A DNA stretch of 63,996 nucleotides, filler included, from Trypethelium eluteriae (GCA_051942245.1; 3 parts of 3 records of this genome joined end to end with filler, not necessarily neighbours in it); one strand, 5' to 3'; counted from the first letter of the whole stretch, positions 24,715 to 37,547 are shown. The notes: generated from the sequence alone by a model not told the origin. Numbers and translations are program-made.

Positions 24715-27700
24715 TGACACGCAGATGCGTCTGACAGGCGGGAGGGAGGTGCAGATGTCCGACTCTAGGTACCCCAAAAGCACGTATCATGTACACGGAA
24801 CACCTGATTCCCTTGGCGCGAGGTATCACCGGCGATAGCAAAAGCCTTTCGGTTACTTTGGCAAAGGACCGTGGAAGTATACGTCTCGCCGCATGGCGGC
24901 CCTCCTCATATTTGAGTGACTTAAGGCGTAGCGCGAGCACCAAGCTATACGACACCCACAACGGGGTCAAGGGCACGAGTTTGCCCAAAGCAAGAGAGAA
25001 TAGGGCATCTCAAGTAGGTAGAGCGGGCATTTGCCCTGGTGATAAGGTTGACTTTGCCCATTTTACTTTATCCACAGGGTTGCCGATTGGTGATCGGGAT
25101 GCACCTACAGAGCCTTGCAGACTCTTGGTAGAGATACATACAAGATACGGCGTTGAGGGGCGCTGGGCCGCTGGATGTAGTGCGAAGTACAGTTGAGACT
25201 TGAAGGAGAAGTCTGTTTGGGCAAATAGCCTTGGGTGGGGCAATGAAAGGAGAATGTACAGGCATATACTTTGACAGGTCAAGAAAATTCCAGCACTCAT
25301 CAAGAAGGGCAGCCAAGCTGATCAAAATACTTCGCGGCATGTAGTGAGTACATGCAGGATGGAGGTGGAGTGCGGTTGCAATGAGCCCACATCCACCCCG
25401 AACCCAGCACGGAATGGCGGTATGGCCCGAGCTCCAGATCCTTCGGCTCCGCTAGAGGCTCTCGTACATAGAGCAGCTCTTGTGGCTCTCTCCTTCAGCA
25501 TTGGCCTCTTGGCTTCCAATCACCAAACAATCTGCTACTGGCTTCTACCTGCACTCTGTTGCTTCAGTACAAGTACAGCCGGTCTGATGGACGAACATTT
25601 CGCATCCAGATTCATAGAGATGAGACGAGATCCCGAGTAATCTGTGTCGGAGCTGGAGGCATGCCACCAAAACGCCGTTCTGCTTCTCTCTAGGGTATCT
25701 CGGGCTCCATGGTTACAGTTGATGATCTGCTCTCCAGCCAGTCTTATCGACACTATGTTTCTCTTAATCCACTTCGCTGGTCAAACGAAATTGACGTCTT
25801 CTGGTCAAGCGGAAATGATCAATCAGAGGCGAAGTGTCTTTGGAAGTATTCAATAAAAAGAGAGGTGGTTGTTGATTACGAGACCGTGCTGGAGATGAAA
25901 GAAGGAAAGAAAGGTCAATGTTGAAATGATATGCGTTAACTTTTCGTAGATATCTCACCAATCTCTTTATTTGAACTGACGTCATAGTCGCGGTGGAATC
26001 TATTCAAGTCAGAGAGGCGTTGCCTTGTGCTACCTCCCAACGATCGTCTTGTCAACTCTTATCGAGGTGTCTTTCAGGACTATGACTGAGCATCTGCGCG
26101 CATCTTCTCAAGCCCAACTGCACATATTTTCTGTTGCAAACCGGATAGTCGTTCTCAATCCTTTCTTGACATTGTGCGGTAAATCCCATGCCGGTATGTA
26201 AAAGTCTGGTATGCGGCCCGGCGCCGTCCGCTGAGCGGATACTTGGTCCCGAGCACAAAAGATCTAGGTCGCGACAGAACCGAGGCTGAACAGTAGGAGA
26301 GGGTCTCGTATACCTTCTCCCTACTTCTCTAAATCTGACAAGCGACAGCAACTACAATGGTCGAATGAGATTGTCATGATGACAGCGCATCGACAAGACT
26401 CGAGCGCCCGAATGTTCGCTGTCGAAGCTGGGCAAAAACCGCCAATAGAGTGTGCTATCACCAGCGAAGGGAACGCCGTACGGTGAGACCACCATCGAAA
26501 TTTATGCCAGTCAGACGGAAGTGAGGAAAGCCGATCCGTTCCAGGCCAAGGCGATTTTGGAGACCGCCCATATGACACCTGATATTACCGAAGCCGCGCA
26601 AGTCCATTCATATCCAACTGGGAGATCGTCTCCACGCCGTTCGCAAGAGTTCTCGATAAGCACGAAAGGCGTGGCGAGTACTCACGCTGATCATCAACGG
26701 TTATGCCAGCAGAACGTACAAATGGTGCGCATTAGTACTTGATCAAGTATGATGGCGTTAACAAGCCTGGCCATTTAACAACGGGAAAACGCTGCAGCCA
26801 AAATTTTCGAGAAAGTTTGGGAGGGCACTAATACAGATATTGTCTATTGTACAGCAGGACGGATGCAATGGATCAGCAAGGCCACCTCGACTAAAAGAGA
26901 AGAACACTTTCAGTTGCCTGACCAGGCAGGTCACCACAAATCATCTTTTTTGTCATTAGAAGCCCCTTAAGAGTGGTAGAGGTGTACTGCTCGGAACCTT
27001 GACGCCACAGGAGGGCGGGTCCCATATCAAAAGCAATATATGTGGATACAAGCAGAGCCATTATACGGAAATCCTGCGGAATCTGCCGTACCCTTCTCCA
27101 GATATGGAGTCGCACTGACAAGTTTAATTCTACATGCCCAGTTGGTGGCAATGCGCTCACTATCCTTCGATTGAACCCAGAACTACATCTCAAGAAGCGC
27201 CGGAAGACCCAGGGGTAATAGAGTTATGCTAACATCGACGGTACAAATACCGTTAGACCACGAAGTCGGCCAGATAAGGTGATCGAAGAAGACAAGGCAA
27301 TGGGTTGCGTAAAAGAGCGGGGCGGCTTACAACGCGTAGCTGCCGGGCAAATACAATTGTGGGACCTACGATCAAAAACAAGCCTGCCAGCCTCAGAATC
27401 TGCAGGCACAAGGTTGCAGTTGTCTAATGATGCTACTACATCCGAGTGCTTATGACGCGCACAATCGCGCACTCCTACAGCATCTTACTGCATCTGACGT
27501 TAATTGCTTGCCTGAGGGATTAGTGCTCGCTTATGCAGATACTTATCAACCAACACCTAAAAAGTACAACAGCTAGAGTCATTAGAAATCCTCTAGCTGT
27601 ACTAGTTTACTCGGAGTTCTTGAGACCCATTTTTCCTTTGCCACAAACGTCTCTACCGATGCACTCCGGAGACATTGGGACCGTGATTTGCTAAGATGAA

Positions 27701-27815
27701 TCGCTCGACCGCCAATGATCTTTGCAGAGCTCACACATCAGGTTAGAAGTCACACCGGTCAAGCATGCGATGTAATAGCAGTCAAAATGGTATATGATCT
27801 GCGACCATATCTGAT

Positions 27816-30800
27816 ATGGCCTTGATAAATTGGATCACAGCAGCCCAGAAAGAGAAGAAAGAGATCCCATACGACATCGAAACGCTGGAACGACAAGAAA
27901 AGGTCAACTCATCAAGAATGAAAGAAACTATGACTGCAGCTTCCAGTTTCTCGACAACTCCAATGTCGCTGCCTACTCCAGTCTCTTCCTCCGCAGCAGA
28001 ATTGACAACGAAGCAATCCGACGATGTGGCAATCATCGGAATGGCTTGTCGTGCGGCTGGAGGAATCGACTCTCCCGAAAAGCTATGGAAGTTTATGATG
28101 GAGAAGAAAGACGCTTCTGGAGATAACCCTAGCTGGCGCTGGGAACCCTGGATCCGCAGGGACGCTCGGAACGCGAAGGTCATAGAGAGGACAATCTCCA
28201 AGGGCTACTTCATCGAAGATCTGGAGAACTTTGATGCTGCATTCTTCGGCATCTCTCCAAAAGAGGCCGAACAGATGGACCCGCACCAAAGATTGGGGTT
28301 GGAAGTCGCGTGGGAAGCTCTCGAAAACGCTGGCCTTGATCCCAAATCCCTTTCCAGTTCGGATACTGCTGTCTATCTGGGCGTCGACTCTGATGATTAT
28401 TCTAGACTCCTCCTTGAAGACTTGCCCAACATCGAGGCCTGGATGGGTATAGGCACAACAGCCCACGGAATTCCTAACAGAATTTCTTACCACCTTGATC
28501 TCATGGGACCCAGTGCAGCGGTCGACGCTGCGTGTGCATCATCCCTGGTCGCAGTACATTTGGGCCGACAGGCCATTTTGGCTGGAGATTCTAAGGCTGC
28601 TATAGTCGGTGGTGTCAACGTTTGCTTATCTCCTGCGTTGTTCCATATGTTAGGCGCAGCTGGTGCACTTTCACCAGAGGGTGTTTGTCTCTCATTTGAC
28701 GACGATGCTCACGGTTACGCGAGGGGAGAAGGTGCTGCTATTCTCATACTTAAACGTATGTCCCATGCTATTGCGGACGGCGATGGAGTTCTCGCCACAC
28801 TCAAGGGCACTGCTATTGCTCAAGACGGTAAAACGAATGGCATCATGGCTCCCAACGCTAAGGCCCAAGAGCTTGTTGCCAGAAAGGCTCTGAAAGTAGC
28901 AGAAGTCGAACCCTTGACTATAGGCTATGTTGAGGCTCACGCTACGTCGACTGCCCTAGGCGACCCCACAGAGATCTCTGCCATTTCTGCAGTATATGGG
29001 GTTGGACGTTCACCACATGCTCCTGTGGCCGTCGGATCCATTAAGCCTAATGTCGGCCATCTCGAAGCTGCCGCTGGTGCTATTAGTCTCATCAAAGGAG
29101 TCTTGGCTATAAACAAGGGACAGATTCCACCCCAGACAAGGCTGAATAAGCTCAACACCAGAGTTGAGTGGGAGAAGACCGGTCTGCATGTGGTGAGAGA
29201 AAGCACTGAATGGAGTAATTCTAATGGGCCTCGCCGTGCCGCTGTTTGCTCGTATGGATACGGAGGCACTGTGTCTCACGCCATCGTCGAGCAGTCTCCG
29301 GTCCCTTTTCCAAACGAGCAAGAGAAAGAGGACGGCCCCACGCTGCTAGTCCTATCAGCTCCACAGGAGAAGAGACTGGCCACTCAAAGCGTTGCTCAGG
29401 CCGAATGGATTTCTCCAAATGGTGAGAGCGAGAACCTCAAGGCCATCGCCGCCACTTTGGCGCAGCGCCGTGCTCACCACGACTGGCGCGCTGCATTTGT
29501 CGTCTCAAGTCATTCAGAAGCTGCCGAGACTTTAAACGCTTTCGCCAGGGGTACCACAGTGGAGTGGGTTGCCCAGAGCCGCGTTTTCGGGAGTCGTGTG
29601 AGCACGGAGACCGTCTGGATCTTCTCTGGGCATGGCGCACAGTGGGCAGATATGGGGAAGGAACTTCTCCAGAATCCCATCTTCTACGAAACATTGGCCC
29701 CGATAGACGGTGTTGTGCGACAGGAACTTGGATACTCTGCCATTGAGAGTCTGGAGGCGGGCGCTTTTCAAGGTTCGGATGAAATCCAGGTCCTGACTTA
29801 TTTGGTCCAGATCGGTCTCAGCCAAGTCCTGAGATCTAAGGGAGTACAGCCTCAGGCAATAATCGGACACTCTGTCGGAGAAATTGCCGCATCTGTCGCG
29901 GCAGGATGTCTTACTCCCGAAGAGGGTGCTATCATTGTGACAAGACGTGCACGCCTATACGCCCAAGTGCGGGGCCTTGGTGGGATGTTCTTGGTTAATT
30001 TGCCTTTTGCTGAAGTCTCTGCTGAGTTAGGCGACAGAAAGGACATTGTAGCCGCCATAAAATCCTCTCCATCGTCTTGTGTCGTCAGTGGTGCTGTTGC
30101 TCCTTTGAACCAGTATATTGCGAGTCTTCAAGAACGTGCTGTGAAGACGTTTCAGGTCAAGACTGACATTGCCTTTCACAGTCCCATGCTTGAAAAGTTA
30201 TCAGAACCGCTAAAAGATGTCCTATCCGATACCCTCAATCCTCAGCAGCCAGCTATCAAATTGTACTCAACTTCCCAATCGGATCCCCGGTCGAGAGTTC
30301 TTAGGGATGTCAATTATTGGATCAACAATATGATCAACCCTGTCCGGCTCACCTCTGCTGTCGATGCTGCCGTCCAGGATGGATACAGAATTTTCCTTGA
30401 AGTCTCAGCACATCCCATTGTGTTGCACTCTGTCAACGAGACACTGCTAGAGAAGGCTCTGAACGAATTCGCCACAATTCCCACGATGATGAAGAATAAG
30501 CCGGTCGAGAAGAGTATCCTTTTCGCCATTGCCCAGCTCCATGTCAAAGGTGCTATTGTCGATTTTGCCGCCTTGCTTGGCCGCCAATGGTCTAGTGAAG
30601 TTCCCGGATTCCGATGGAGCCACAAGCCGTTTTGGAAGGAGGTGTCGTCTGGCTCGGCTGGTGCAGGAGGGGTGCACGACGTCGACACACATACTTTGCT
30701 CGGTCAAAACACAGTCGTCGCCGGGACCGATACGACTCTCATTACTACCAAGCTCGATGATGGGAATAAGCCCTTCCCTCGAACACACCAAGTACACGGC

Positions 30801-33248
30801 AGTGAGATTGTCCCGGCCGCCGTCTACGTCAACACCTTTCACCATGCGACTGGCGCTACTGTCCTTTCTGACATCATGTTACGTGTGCCCATTACAATAA
30901 ACGACGACCCTCGCAATATCCAGACCGTCGTTCAGGGCGGGAACATCAAGGTTGCTTCCCGTCTTAGCTCCTCTGATGACCTTTCCTGGGTGACTCACAG
31001 TACTGCCCGCTGGAATATCGAGCCCCTTACCCCGAGTTCCCCACCTTACGACCTGGAAGATATCAGAGAGCGCATTGGATGCCCTTTGCCGAACAACTTC
31101 GCCGCTGATTACCTTACCAAGGTTGGAGTTGCTGGTATCGCCTTCCCTTGGGCTGTAACTGAGCATCACGGAAGTTCCAAGGAGATGCTTGTGAAAGTTG
31201 ACAATGACCCAAGCAATGAGAGAATGACGTGGAATTCTCAGTCATGGGCTCCTACTCTCGATGCCGCCTCCTCAGTGGGTTGTACTATCTTTTTCAACGA
31301 TCCAAAGCTACGGATCATTTCGCAGATTGCTAAATTAACTCTTTACGCCAATGAGCCTCCTTCGAAGGATTACTACCTCTATATCACGGAAAGTAGCGAT
31401 ACTCAAGGCCGCTCCGCAAACGTTACTATCCTCGATGTGCATGGCAGGCTCTTGGCTAAACTTGAGTCTATAAGGTATGCTGACGTTGAGGTTGCCTCGA
31501 GAGTTAGTGGAAGCGTGGACAGCTTGGTACATCGGGTGGCCTGGGTTCCGGCTCGTCTGTCTGAAGACCCTCTGGTCCTAAAGCAAGCTCTTGTTCTGTC
31601 GCAGGACATTGAGACCCTTCACCGGTACGGGAGTGAACTGCGGCGACATGTTCCGAAGATCATGATGATCAATACTGTCCAGGAACTGAATCAGACAGGC
31701 GTGTCTGCTATGCTGAGCGAAAAGGATTCTGCGGTGCTGTACTGTCCCGAGCCAGTTCAATTTTTTGAGGATATTTCAAGCTCGGCTCAGAAATTTATCT
31801 GGGAAGTGGCAGTCACGATCAAGTGCATTGTCACTAATGGGTTTCCTGCTAAGCTCTTTATTATTACGGACAGAGTCTTTGCTGCCGAATCAGCTACTGC
31901 ACTTGCTCAAGGACCTCTGTACGGTCTCGCTCGTGTCCTCGCTTCGGAGCATTCCGACATCTGGGGTGGACTTATTGACAATGAGTCACTGCACTTCCCG
32001 GCTACCCCACTGAAGTACGTCCAGGGGCAGGATATCATCCGCTTCATAGACGGTGTATCTCGAGTAGCACGCCTCAGGCCCTTCTCCATGGACCAGCGCT
32101 TCCCGTCCTCAAGCAGGATGACTTTGCTGCCCAAGCCCGAGGGCACATATGTCATCACTGGTGGCCTCGGTGCCCTTGGTCTTGAGGTGTGCGACTTCCT
32201 CATCGAGAAGGGGGCCCGTCGTCTTGTTGTCATCTCTCGTCGGAATGTCCCGCCTCGGAGCCGATGGTGCAGCTTATCTGACGACAAACTGGACCCCGTT
32301 CTGAACACATTGCAGACCATGGAGAAATCAGGCGCTAGCATCCACCTCATATCTCTTGACATCGGTGCCGAAGATGCTCATGACCGAATTCTCAACTCAC
32401 TGCATCATCTCTCACTACCCCCTGTCCTTGGGGTTATCCATGCTAGTGGAGTGCTAGAGGATAGCCTTCTGGTCGAGACAACTGCGGACTCATTCGCACG
32501 GGTGTTGTCCCCGAAGATTGCCGGTGCTGTCGCTCTCCACAAGGCCTTTCCCCCCGGTAGCCTTGACTTCTTCGTCCTTTTCTCCTCCATCGGACAGCTC
32601 GTTGGTACACCTGGCCAAAGCTCGTATGCGTCGGGGAACGCTTTCCTCGACACTCTGGCCACCCATCGCAAGGGCCAAGGAGACAACGCCATCGCCTTCC
32701 AATGGACTGCTTGGCGCGGCCTGGGAATGGCTACCGCAACTGACTTTCTTACTATGGAACTACAAAGCAAAGGTATCACAGACATTAGTCGCGATGAGGC
32801 CTTCCACGCTTGGGAGCATCTGTCGAAATATGATGTTGACCACGCTGTCGTGACGCGTAGTCTGCCCATTGACGAAGGTGAGCCAGCTCCATGCGCGCTG
32901 GTTGAGGAGATTATTACTCGCCGTCCGCGTGCGTGTGACTGCTCTGCGCCCGTAGAATATAGTAAGAGTGAGAGTGTTATCCGGCCGGCGAAGACTTCGG
33001 AGCTCAAGCCTTGGCTCGATGTGAAGATCCGCGAGTGCATTGCTTCACTTCTGAAGATCGGCGACATAGAGGAGATCGACCGCCGCGTCGCTCTATCTGA
33101 TGTTGGTGTCGATAGTGTAATGACCATAGCACTGAGGCAGAAGCTAGAGAGCATGCTTAAAGTGAAGGTGCCGCAGACGCTGATATGGAATCATCCAACG
33201 GTGGTCCATATGGTTGAGTGGTTCTTGAATCAATTTGAAGAGAAGTGA
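27816..33248 (+). CDS. Iterative partially reducing type I PKS, 6-methylsalicylic acid synthase type (KS-AT-TH-KR-ACP)
   Basis: 1810-aa ORF; the true start may be the ATG at 27918 or 27930. KS DAACASS/EAHAT/NVGHLE, AT GHSVG/AFHS, TH HQVHGSEIVP, KR TGGLGALG and QSSYASGN, ACP GVDSVM. No ER, MT or TE domain. MSAS-specific SRLLLEDLPNIEAWMGIGT. Confidence 0.95.
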   Translation: MALINWITAAQKEKKEIPYDIETLERQEKVNSSRMKETMTAASSFSTTPMSLPTPVSSSAAELTTKQSDDVAIIGMACRAAGGIDSPEKLWKFMMEKKDASGDNPSWRWEPWIRRDARNAKVIERTISKGYFIEDLENFDAAFFGISPKEAEQMDPHQRLGLEVAWEALENAGLDPKSLSSSDTAVYLGVDSDDYSRLLLEDLPNIEAWMGIGTTAHGIPNRISYHLDLMGPSAAVDAACASSLVAVHLGRQAILAGDSKAAIVGGVNVCLSPALFHMLGAAGALSPEGVCLSFDDDAHGYARGEGAAILILKRMSHAIADGDGVLATLKGTAIAQDGKTNGIMAPNAKAQELVARKALKVAEVEPLTIGYVEAHATSTALGDPTEISAISAVYGVGRSPHAPVAVGSIKPNVGHLEAAAGAISLIKGVLAINKGQIPPQTRLNKLNTRVEWEKTGLHVVRESTEWSNSNGPRRAAVCSYGYGGTVSHAIVEQSPVPFPNEQEKEDGPTLLVLSAPQEKRLATQSVAQAEWISPNGESENLKAIAATLAQRRAHHDWRAAFVVSSHSEAAETLNAFARGTTVEWVAQSRVFGSRVSTETVWIFSGHGAQWADMGKELLQNPIFYETLAPIDGVVRQELGYSAIESLEAGAFQGSDEIQVLTYLVQIGLSQVLRSKGVQPQAIIGHSVGEIAASVAAGCLTPEEGAIIVTRRARLYAQVRGLGGMFLVNLPFAEVSAELGDRKDIVAAIKSSPSSCVVSGAVAPLNQYIASLQERAVKTFQVKTDIAFHSPMLEKLSEPLKDVLSDTLNPQQPAIKLYSTSQSDPRSRVLRDVNYWINNMINPVRLTSAVDAAVQDGYRIFLEVSAHPIVLHSVNETLLEKALNEFATIPTMMKNKPVEKSILFAIAQLHVKGAIVDFAALLGRQWSSEVPGFRWSHKPFWKEVSSGSAGAGGVHDVDTHTLLGQNTVVAGTDTTLITTKLDDGNKPFPRTHQVHGSEIVPAAVYVNTFHHATGATVLSDIMLRVPITINDDPRNIQTVVQGGNIKVASRLSSSDDLSWVTHSTARWNIEPLTPSSPPYDLEDIRERIGCPLPNNFAADYLTKVGVAGIAFPWAVTEHHGSSKEMLVKVDNDPSNERMTWNSQSWAPTLDAASSVGCTIFFNDPKLRIISQIAKLTLYANEPPSKDYYLYITESSDTQGRSANVTILDVHGRLLAKLESIRYADVEVASRVSGSVDSLVHRVAWVPARLSEDPLVLKQALVLSQDIETLHRYGSELRRHVPKIMMINTVQELNQTGVSAMLSEKDSAVLYCPEPVQFFEDISSSAQKFIWEVAVTIKCIVTNGFPAKLFIITDRVFAAESATALAQGPLYGLARVLASEHSDIWGGLIDNESLHFPATPLKYVQGQDIIRFIDGVSRVARLRPFSMDQRFPSSSRMTLLPKPEGTYVITGGLGALGLEVCDFLIEKGARRLVVISRRNVPPRSRWCSLSDDKLDPVLNTLQTMEKSGASIHLISLDIGAEDAHDRILNSLHHLSLPPVLGVIHASGVLEDSLLVETTADSFARVLSPKIAGAVALHKAFPPGSLDFFVLFSSIGQLVGTPGQSSYASGNAFLDTLATHRKGQGDNAIAFQWTAWRGLGMATATDFLTMELQSKGITDISRDEAFHAWEHLSKYDVDHAVVTRSLPIDEGEPAPCALVEEIITRRPRACDCSAPVEYSKSESVIRPAKTSELKPWLDVKIRECIASLLKIGDIEEIDRRVALSDVGVDSVMTIALRQKLESMLKVKVPQTLIWNHPTVVHMVEWFLNQFEEK

Positions 33249-33973
33249 GAAATTGTAGAACAACGAGCAATCTTTAGTGCAAATGGTAAGAATACATAAT
33301 CACGCGTTCATCAGGAGACAGTTCTGATGTGAAGAATAAATCTAAAATCTAGGTAGGGTTTCACTGGTGGAAATTTTGCAACGAGTGGTTTCGATTTGTG
33401 ATCCCAGAGTAACAACGACTGCTTCAATGAGAAATGAATCGAGCACTAATACTGGATTGAACACCTCGGCTTGAAAAGTATTGTAAGGTAGACTGGTCCT
33501 AAAATACATGCTTTGATGAATCAGCTAGAGGCTAAGATTCATTTATTAGAGCGATAACTGCTTCAAGATTTGTGCAACTGAGTGACCCAGACGCTTTCAG
33601 ATACTAGACTCCTCCAACCAATTCATGCATCAGTATTGTCGTGTAACGTGGCTTTGTTGTTGTGTACCGACCGAGGCTGGGATCAATGGATCATCCTTGG
33701 TCCAACCAACAAAGACGATTGTATAGAAGGCTATTGTCACTTTTGAGAAGAAAAGGCGGGCTATTTGAGGGATCGAAGTTGCCTGCGAACCCTCTAGCTT
33801 TTGTTGCTTCTATGACAGGAGTCTCTAATCCATACCGCCCAATGGACCGTCTTATCACTTGTTGAGAACAATGTAGGGAACCCGACAGTTACTCTGCATA
33901 AGAATGCTAGGAAAAGTCGAAGTCGGCTTATGCTTGCACGCATGCACTCAAAGATACTTGAGCTCACGCCTTT

Positions 33974-34374
33974 TTAAAGAGAAGAAGTTCTCTCATCAAC
34001 AACCGTGCCCTTCGTCTTATTCCTAATAAAAAGCTTGTTTTCATCCGCTACAAATTCCGATGCATCCTCAACGCCATGAATGATCTTTGCGAGACCATCT
34101 GCCTGCTTCTTATTTTGAAGACTACCTCCGAGACAACGTCAAATTCTGGTGGGAGCACTTCAGTTTCAAAGACCCTAAAGGGACTACCCGAATGCAGGCT
34201 TGATGCGTAGTCGATGTAATGTCGTTTCTAGCGCTACAGTCCACCAGTAGCCTTGGTCACCTTAACGACTTGTGGGACGGGCTTGACGCTACAGTAGGCT
34301 TTGAATTCAGCATGACTGAGACTGAGACTACGCGTGAAGAAGAGGAAGAGTTTGTGTTTTGGCTGATCGGACAT
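33974..34374 (-). pseudogene. EthD-family (dimeric alpha/beta barrel) dehydratase/decarboxylase-like pseudogene
   Basis: MSDQPKHKLFLFFTRSLSLSHAEFKAY...GGL*R*KRHYIDY...EFDVVSEVVF, then after a 1-nt frameshift near 34112-34116, NKKQADGLAKII...FVADENKLFIRNKTKGTVVDERTSSL*. In-frame TAG stops at 34234-34236 and 34228-34230. Confidence 0.75.
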
Positions 34375-34583
34375 CCTGGGAGACTCTAAAGAAGTCCATC
34401 GATAATCCGAAAGAGCTGGTTTTCTATGGTGGCAGTGCAAAGAACTTTGCATCAAGCCTTCAAGAGTGTTACGCTAGAATCCCGTGACGACCAATGACTG
34501 CAAACTTACCTAGGCAGTATTGAAATTCTCTGAGTTGTGGCAATCCATGGATGGCCCCCCAAGGGGACTAATATGTAAATCGC

Positions 34584-37141
34584 CTAGATCATAGAACCGC
34601 CCTGAGGTGTCTCGACCAAGAAGGAGGGATGTTCCCAAATATTCATCGCTGGTGCTGTATCCCACCATGGTGCATGAAAGAACCCTCCTTCGTTACTGCT
34701 CGTGAGGGAATCCTCGACAGACGCGTGCTCGTCTTGTTGGTTTCCAGAATTCGCGGCTTGTGAGGCAGAGGTCCCTGTCGTTGCAACTGTCTGCGAACAA
34801 GCCTGCGGCTCCGACAGTGTTCGATAGGCTTCTGTACTACGCTCGTATCTGCTTTCATTCTGAACTGGATGATCTCCAGAGAAAAGACTGACAAAAGGTG
34901 TTCGAAATAGTGATCCACTTGGGTTCGAGTTGTTTGGAACACTTCCGGTGGGACCAGGATCTTCGAAGGAACAAGTAAGAGGATGTGTGTTCCAGGGATA
35001 CGTAGGTGAGGTGATTAAGTCTGCGTCACTGGACTGACCAGCAGTTATCGCTTTGTCAAGCTTGACTGCCTAAAGGATTTTTAGCTTCAAGCAGGCACGC
35101 AAAGATCGAGACCAGTTGTAGTTGTCTTTGCGTCACAAGGTATCAGTAAGACGTACTAATCTGCGCAATGGCTTCCAGTAAATGCTCAAAACTTCCAAAA
35201 CAGCCTGAATCGTTTTCATCTCCTCTGAATCCGGCCTAGGAACCTTTGTAGACTGGTTCGTATACCTGGCCGACTGCGACATCCTCGCATACACCTACAA
35301 GAATAGTTTTACAAATCAGCATGCGCGAAACTCAGGAAAGATTTGAGCAAACAACACGTGCCGCTGAGTACCTTCACTAATGGGTCTTGTATCTTGAATA
35401 CAGCCATAGTAGCATTCAGATGCGTACATAGGGCGGGAGGAAAAATATAAGAGGGGTGATAAGAGTTTGTGTCGTGGGCCAATTAGCATGAGCTACGTAC
35501 CACAAAGACGCTCCCTACCACGAAGGCTCCATAACCGGTAAAGGGCCACAGCCTCGTCATATCTAGACCCCTTTCAACAAACTGTTGCAAGATCCCCGCA
35601 AATCCAATGGCGTGCTGGAGGACCATCTCGGCGTTTTCTTGCACCAGTTCTCGTGAGGTTGGAGGCTCTATAGGATAGCCCGAGAGGATTGGGACCATAG
35701 AAGCGTGCATGAGGATTCGATTTAGGTAATACAAGGAGGAGACGGATGTGAGAAGCTCAGGAGTCTCATCAAATAATTCTGCTTGGGAAGAGAGATCTGT
35801 GAAGGGAAGATGAATAGAGCGCTCGATAGGATCGGAGAGCTGGATTAATTTCTTTAAGTGATCTACCCGTTGAGCAGTTGAGTACATGGTGGAGTCGGAG
35901 ATGAAAGCCTGAACTTTGGTCCTTTGCAAATTAGACTTCAGCTGATTTTGCAACCGTGGGCACGTGTCGAGCTTGAGTGGGAAAAATCTGGAATTTTTCG
36001 CGGATAAAATGAAAGCAAAAGCAAAGTCGACTTACCAAATGCCCAAGAGCTTGATCAGCCCTGCCATCAATGAACTCGACGATGATCCAGTAGCCGTCTC
36101 GTGATCTGATAAAGATTCAGTACTCAACTTCCAGTCGGCTTCCATCGTCTGGCCCAACTTGAATTGAAGTCCTTGCCTCGACCCTCGACTCTCAAATTTC
36201 GCCGGTAGCGGTAGACCCGCGACTTTCTCACATACATCGGAGGATCCCAACCGTGCACTACCCATACTAACACTGCACCAACAAGCCCAAAAGCATCGCC
36301 TCTTAATCTCGCGATCGAACTGCGTACCGTGATTTGTCGAGGAAACAATGTCATCTTCGTACAGCCTATCGTAGCCGAGGAGCTGACTTAGTCGATAGGC
36401 TAGGGATGTATGAACGATAGCCCGCTGGATCTCGCCCCGAGAGAAATAGTAGAATTGCAAGATCTGCAGAGCTTGTATCTTAGTAATAGAGGGCTCGTCG
36501 GCATGAGAAAGGACCTCCTGACTTGCGGAACGCGCCCATGACCAAGATTTTTCATAAAGTGTATGCAGAGAAAATACCCTGATATACTTAGCGTACGGCG
36601 AGTCGACCTGCTGTAAAAATACTGCTGCATGTGCAAAGATTGCGCGAAGGAGATGGGCTGGTATTTGATTTGTGATGTACAGCTCGAAGGCTACGCTTTT
36701 ATGTAACATCAGCGTGGCATTGTATAATCGCTTGAAGTAAACTTCTAGAAGTAATAATCCGACTTCCGTAGATGGCAACTCAGCCTCTTCAGTCTCTGTA
36801 GAAGTGCCGTCAAGGCATGCTGGGTTGTCGTTCCCAATGCGTTGCCTCTTTTCTGGCCTTCCCGCTGCAGTAGGAGATCCAGGTCGATGAACATGCTCGG
36901 CGCCCTTTGATCGCGATGCTCTTGAACGACTCGGCTTCTGCGCAATGCGCTTTCGATCTGGTGGAGACGGATACCTACAAATAGCCTTTTGTCTGCAACA
37001 TCGCGCACAGGAAGGCAGCTCGCGATCGCACTTGAGCTTCTGATCCCGACATCGCAGGCATGCGACAATCGGTCTTGCCTGGTTGTCTTGAGGGCATCGT
37101 GGTGCTATGGCGTCGTCCTCCCTGGAACCTTCCACTTGCAT
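34584..37141 (-). CDS. Zn(II)2Cys6 transcription factor with fungal-specific TF domain (likely cluster regulator)
   Basis: Exons 37141-36036, 35921-35501, 35294-35157, 35069-34584 join in frame. ACLRCRDQKLKCDRELPSCARCCRQKAICRY, EIKRRCFWACW, LEVLSIYWKPL and an acidic C-terminal tail. Confidence 0.88.
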
Positions 37142-37547
37142 CCTCACCAATCAGTTCGGATGGAGAAGCAAATTCGGACAAAAGCCCAAGACCGAAGCGA
37201 CCGTTGTCGAATAAAGTGTTCTGAGCGAAAAATTGGAAAGCAAGTTCCGGCGCGCCTGCTTGAGGACAATCGGCGAAGGGCAGCCCCCCGAAGATGCAGG
37301 GATTCCTTTAGCTAAGCCCGAATTTGGCAGACCGTTATAGTAGTTCGGGACGAATGTTTCGAGGGGTGTCCTCCACGCATTCAATCGTTCGTGATGACAA
37401 ATGGACAGCAGCTTGTTCGGGGGAAAATGGTCGTTGCCGCCAGGTATACCTTGAGAAGTGGGCTCAGGCGTAAAAAGATGACGAAATGGTAATTTCCTCA
37501 TTTGAAGTAATTTCATAGACCTGGCTTACTAATTCTTCAGTCCCTGC

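Noticed and set aside
34643..34942. Separate small ORF between the EthD pseudogene and the TF
   Set aside because: The region is better explained as the last exon of the Zn2Cys6 gene in another frame.
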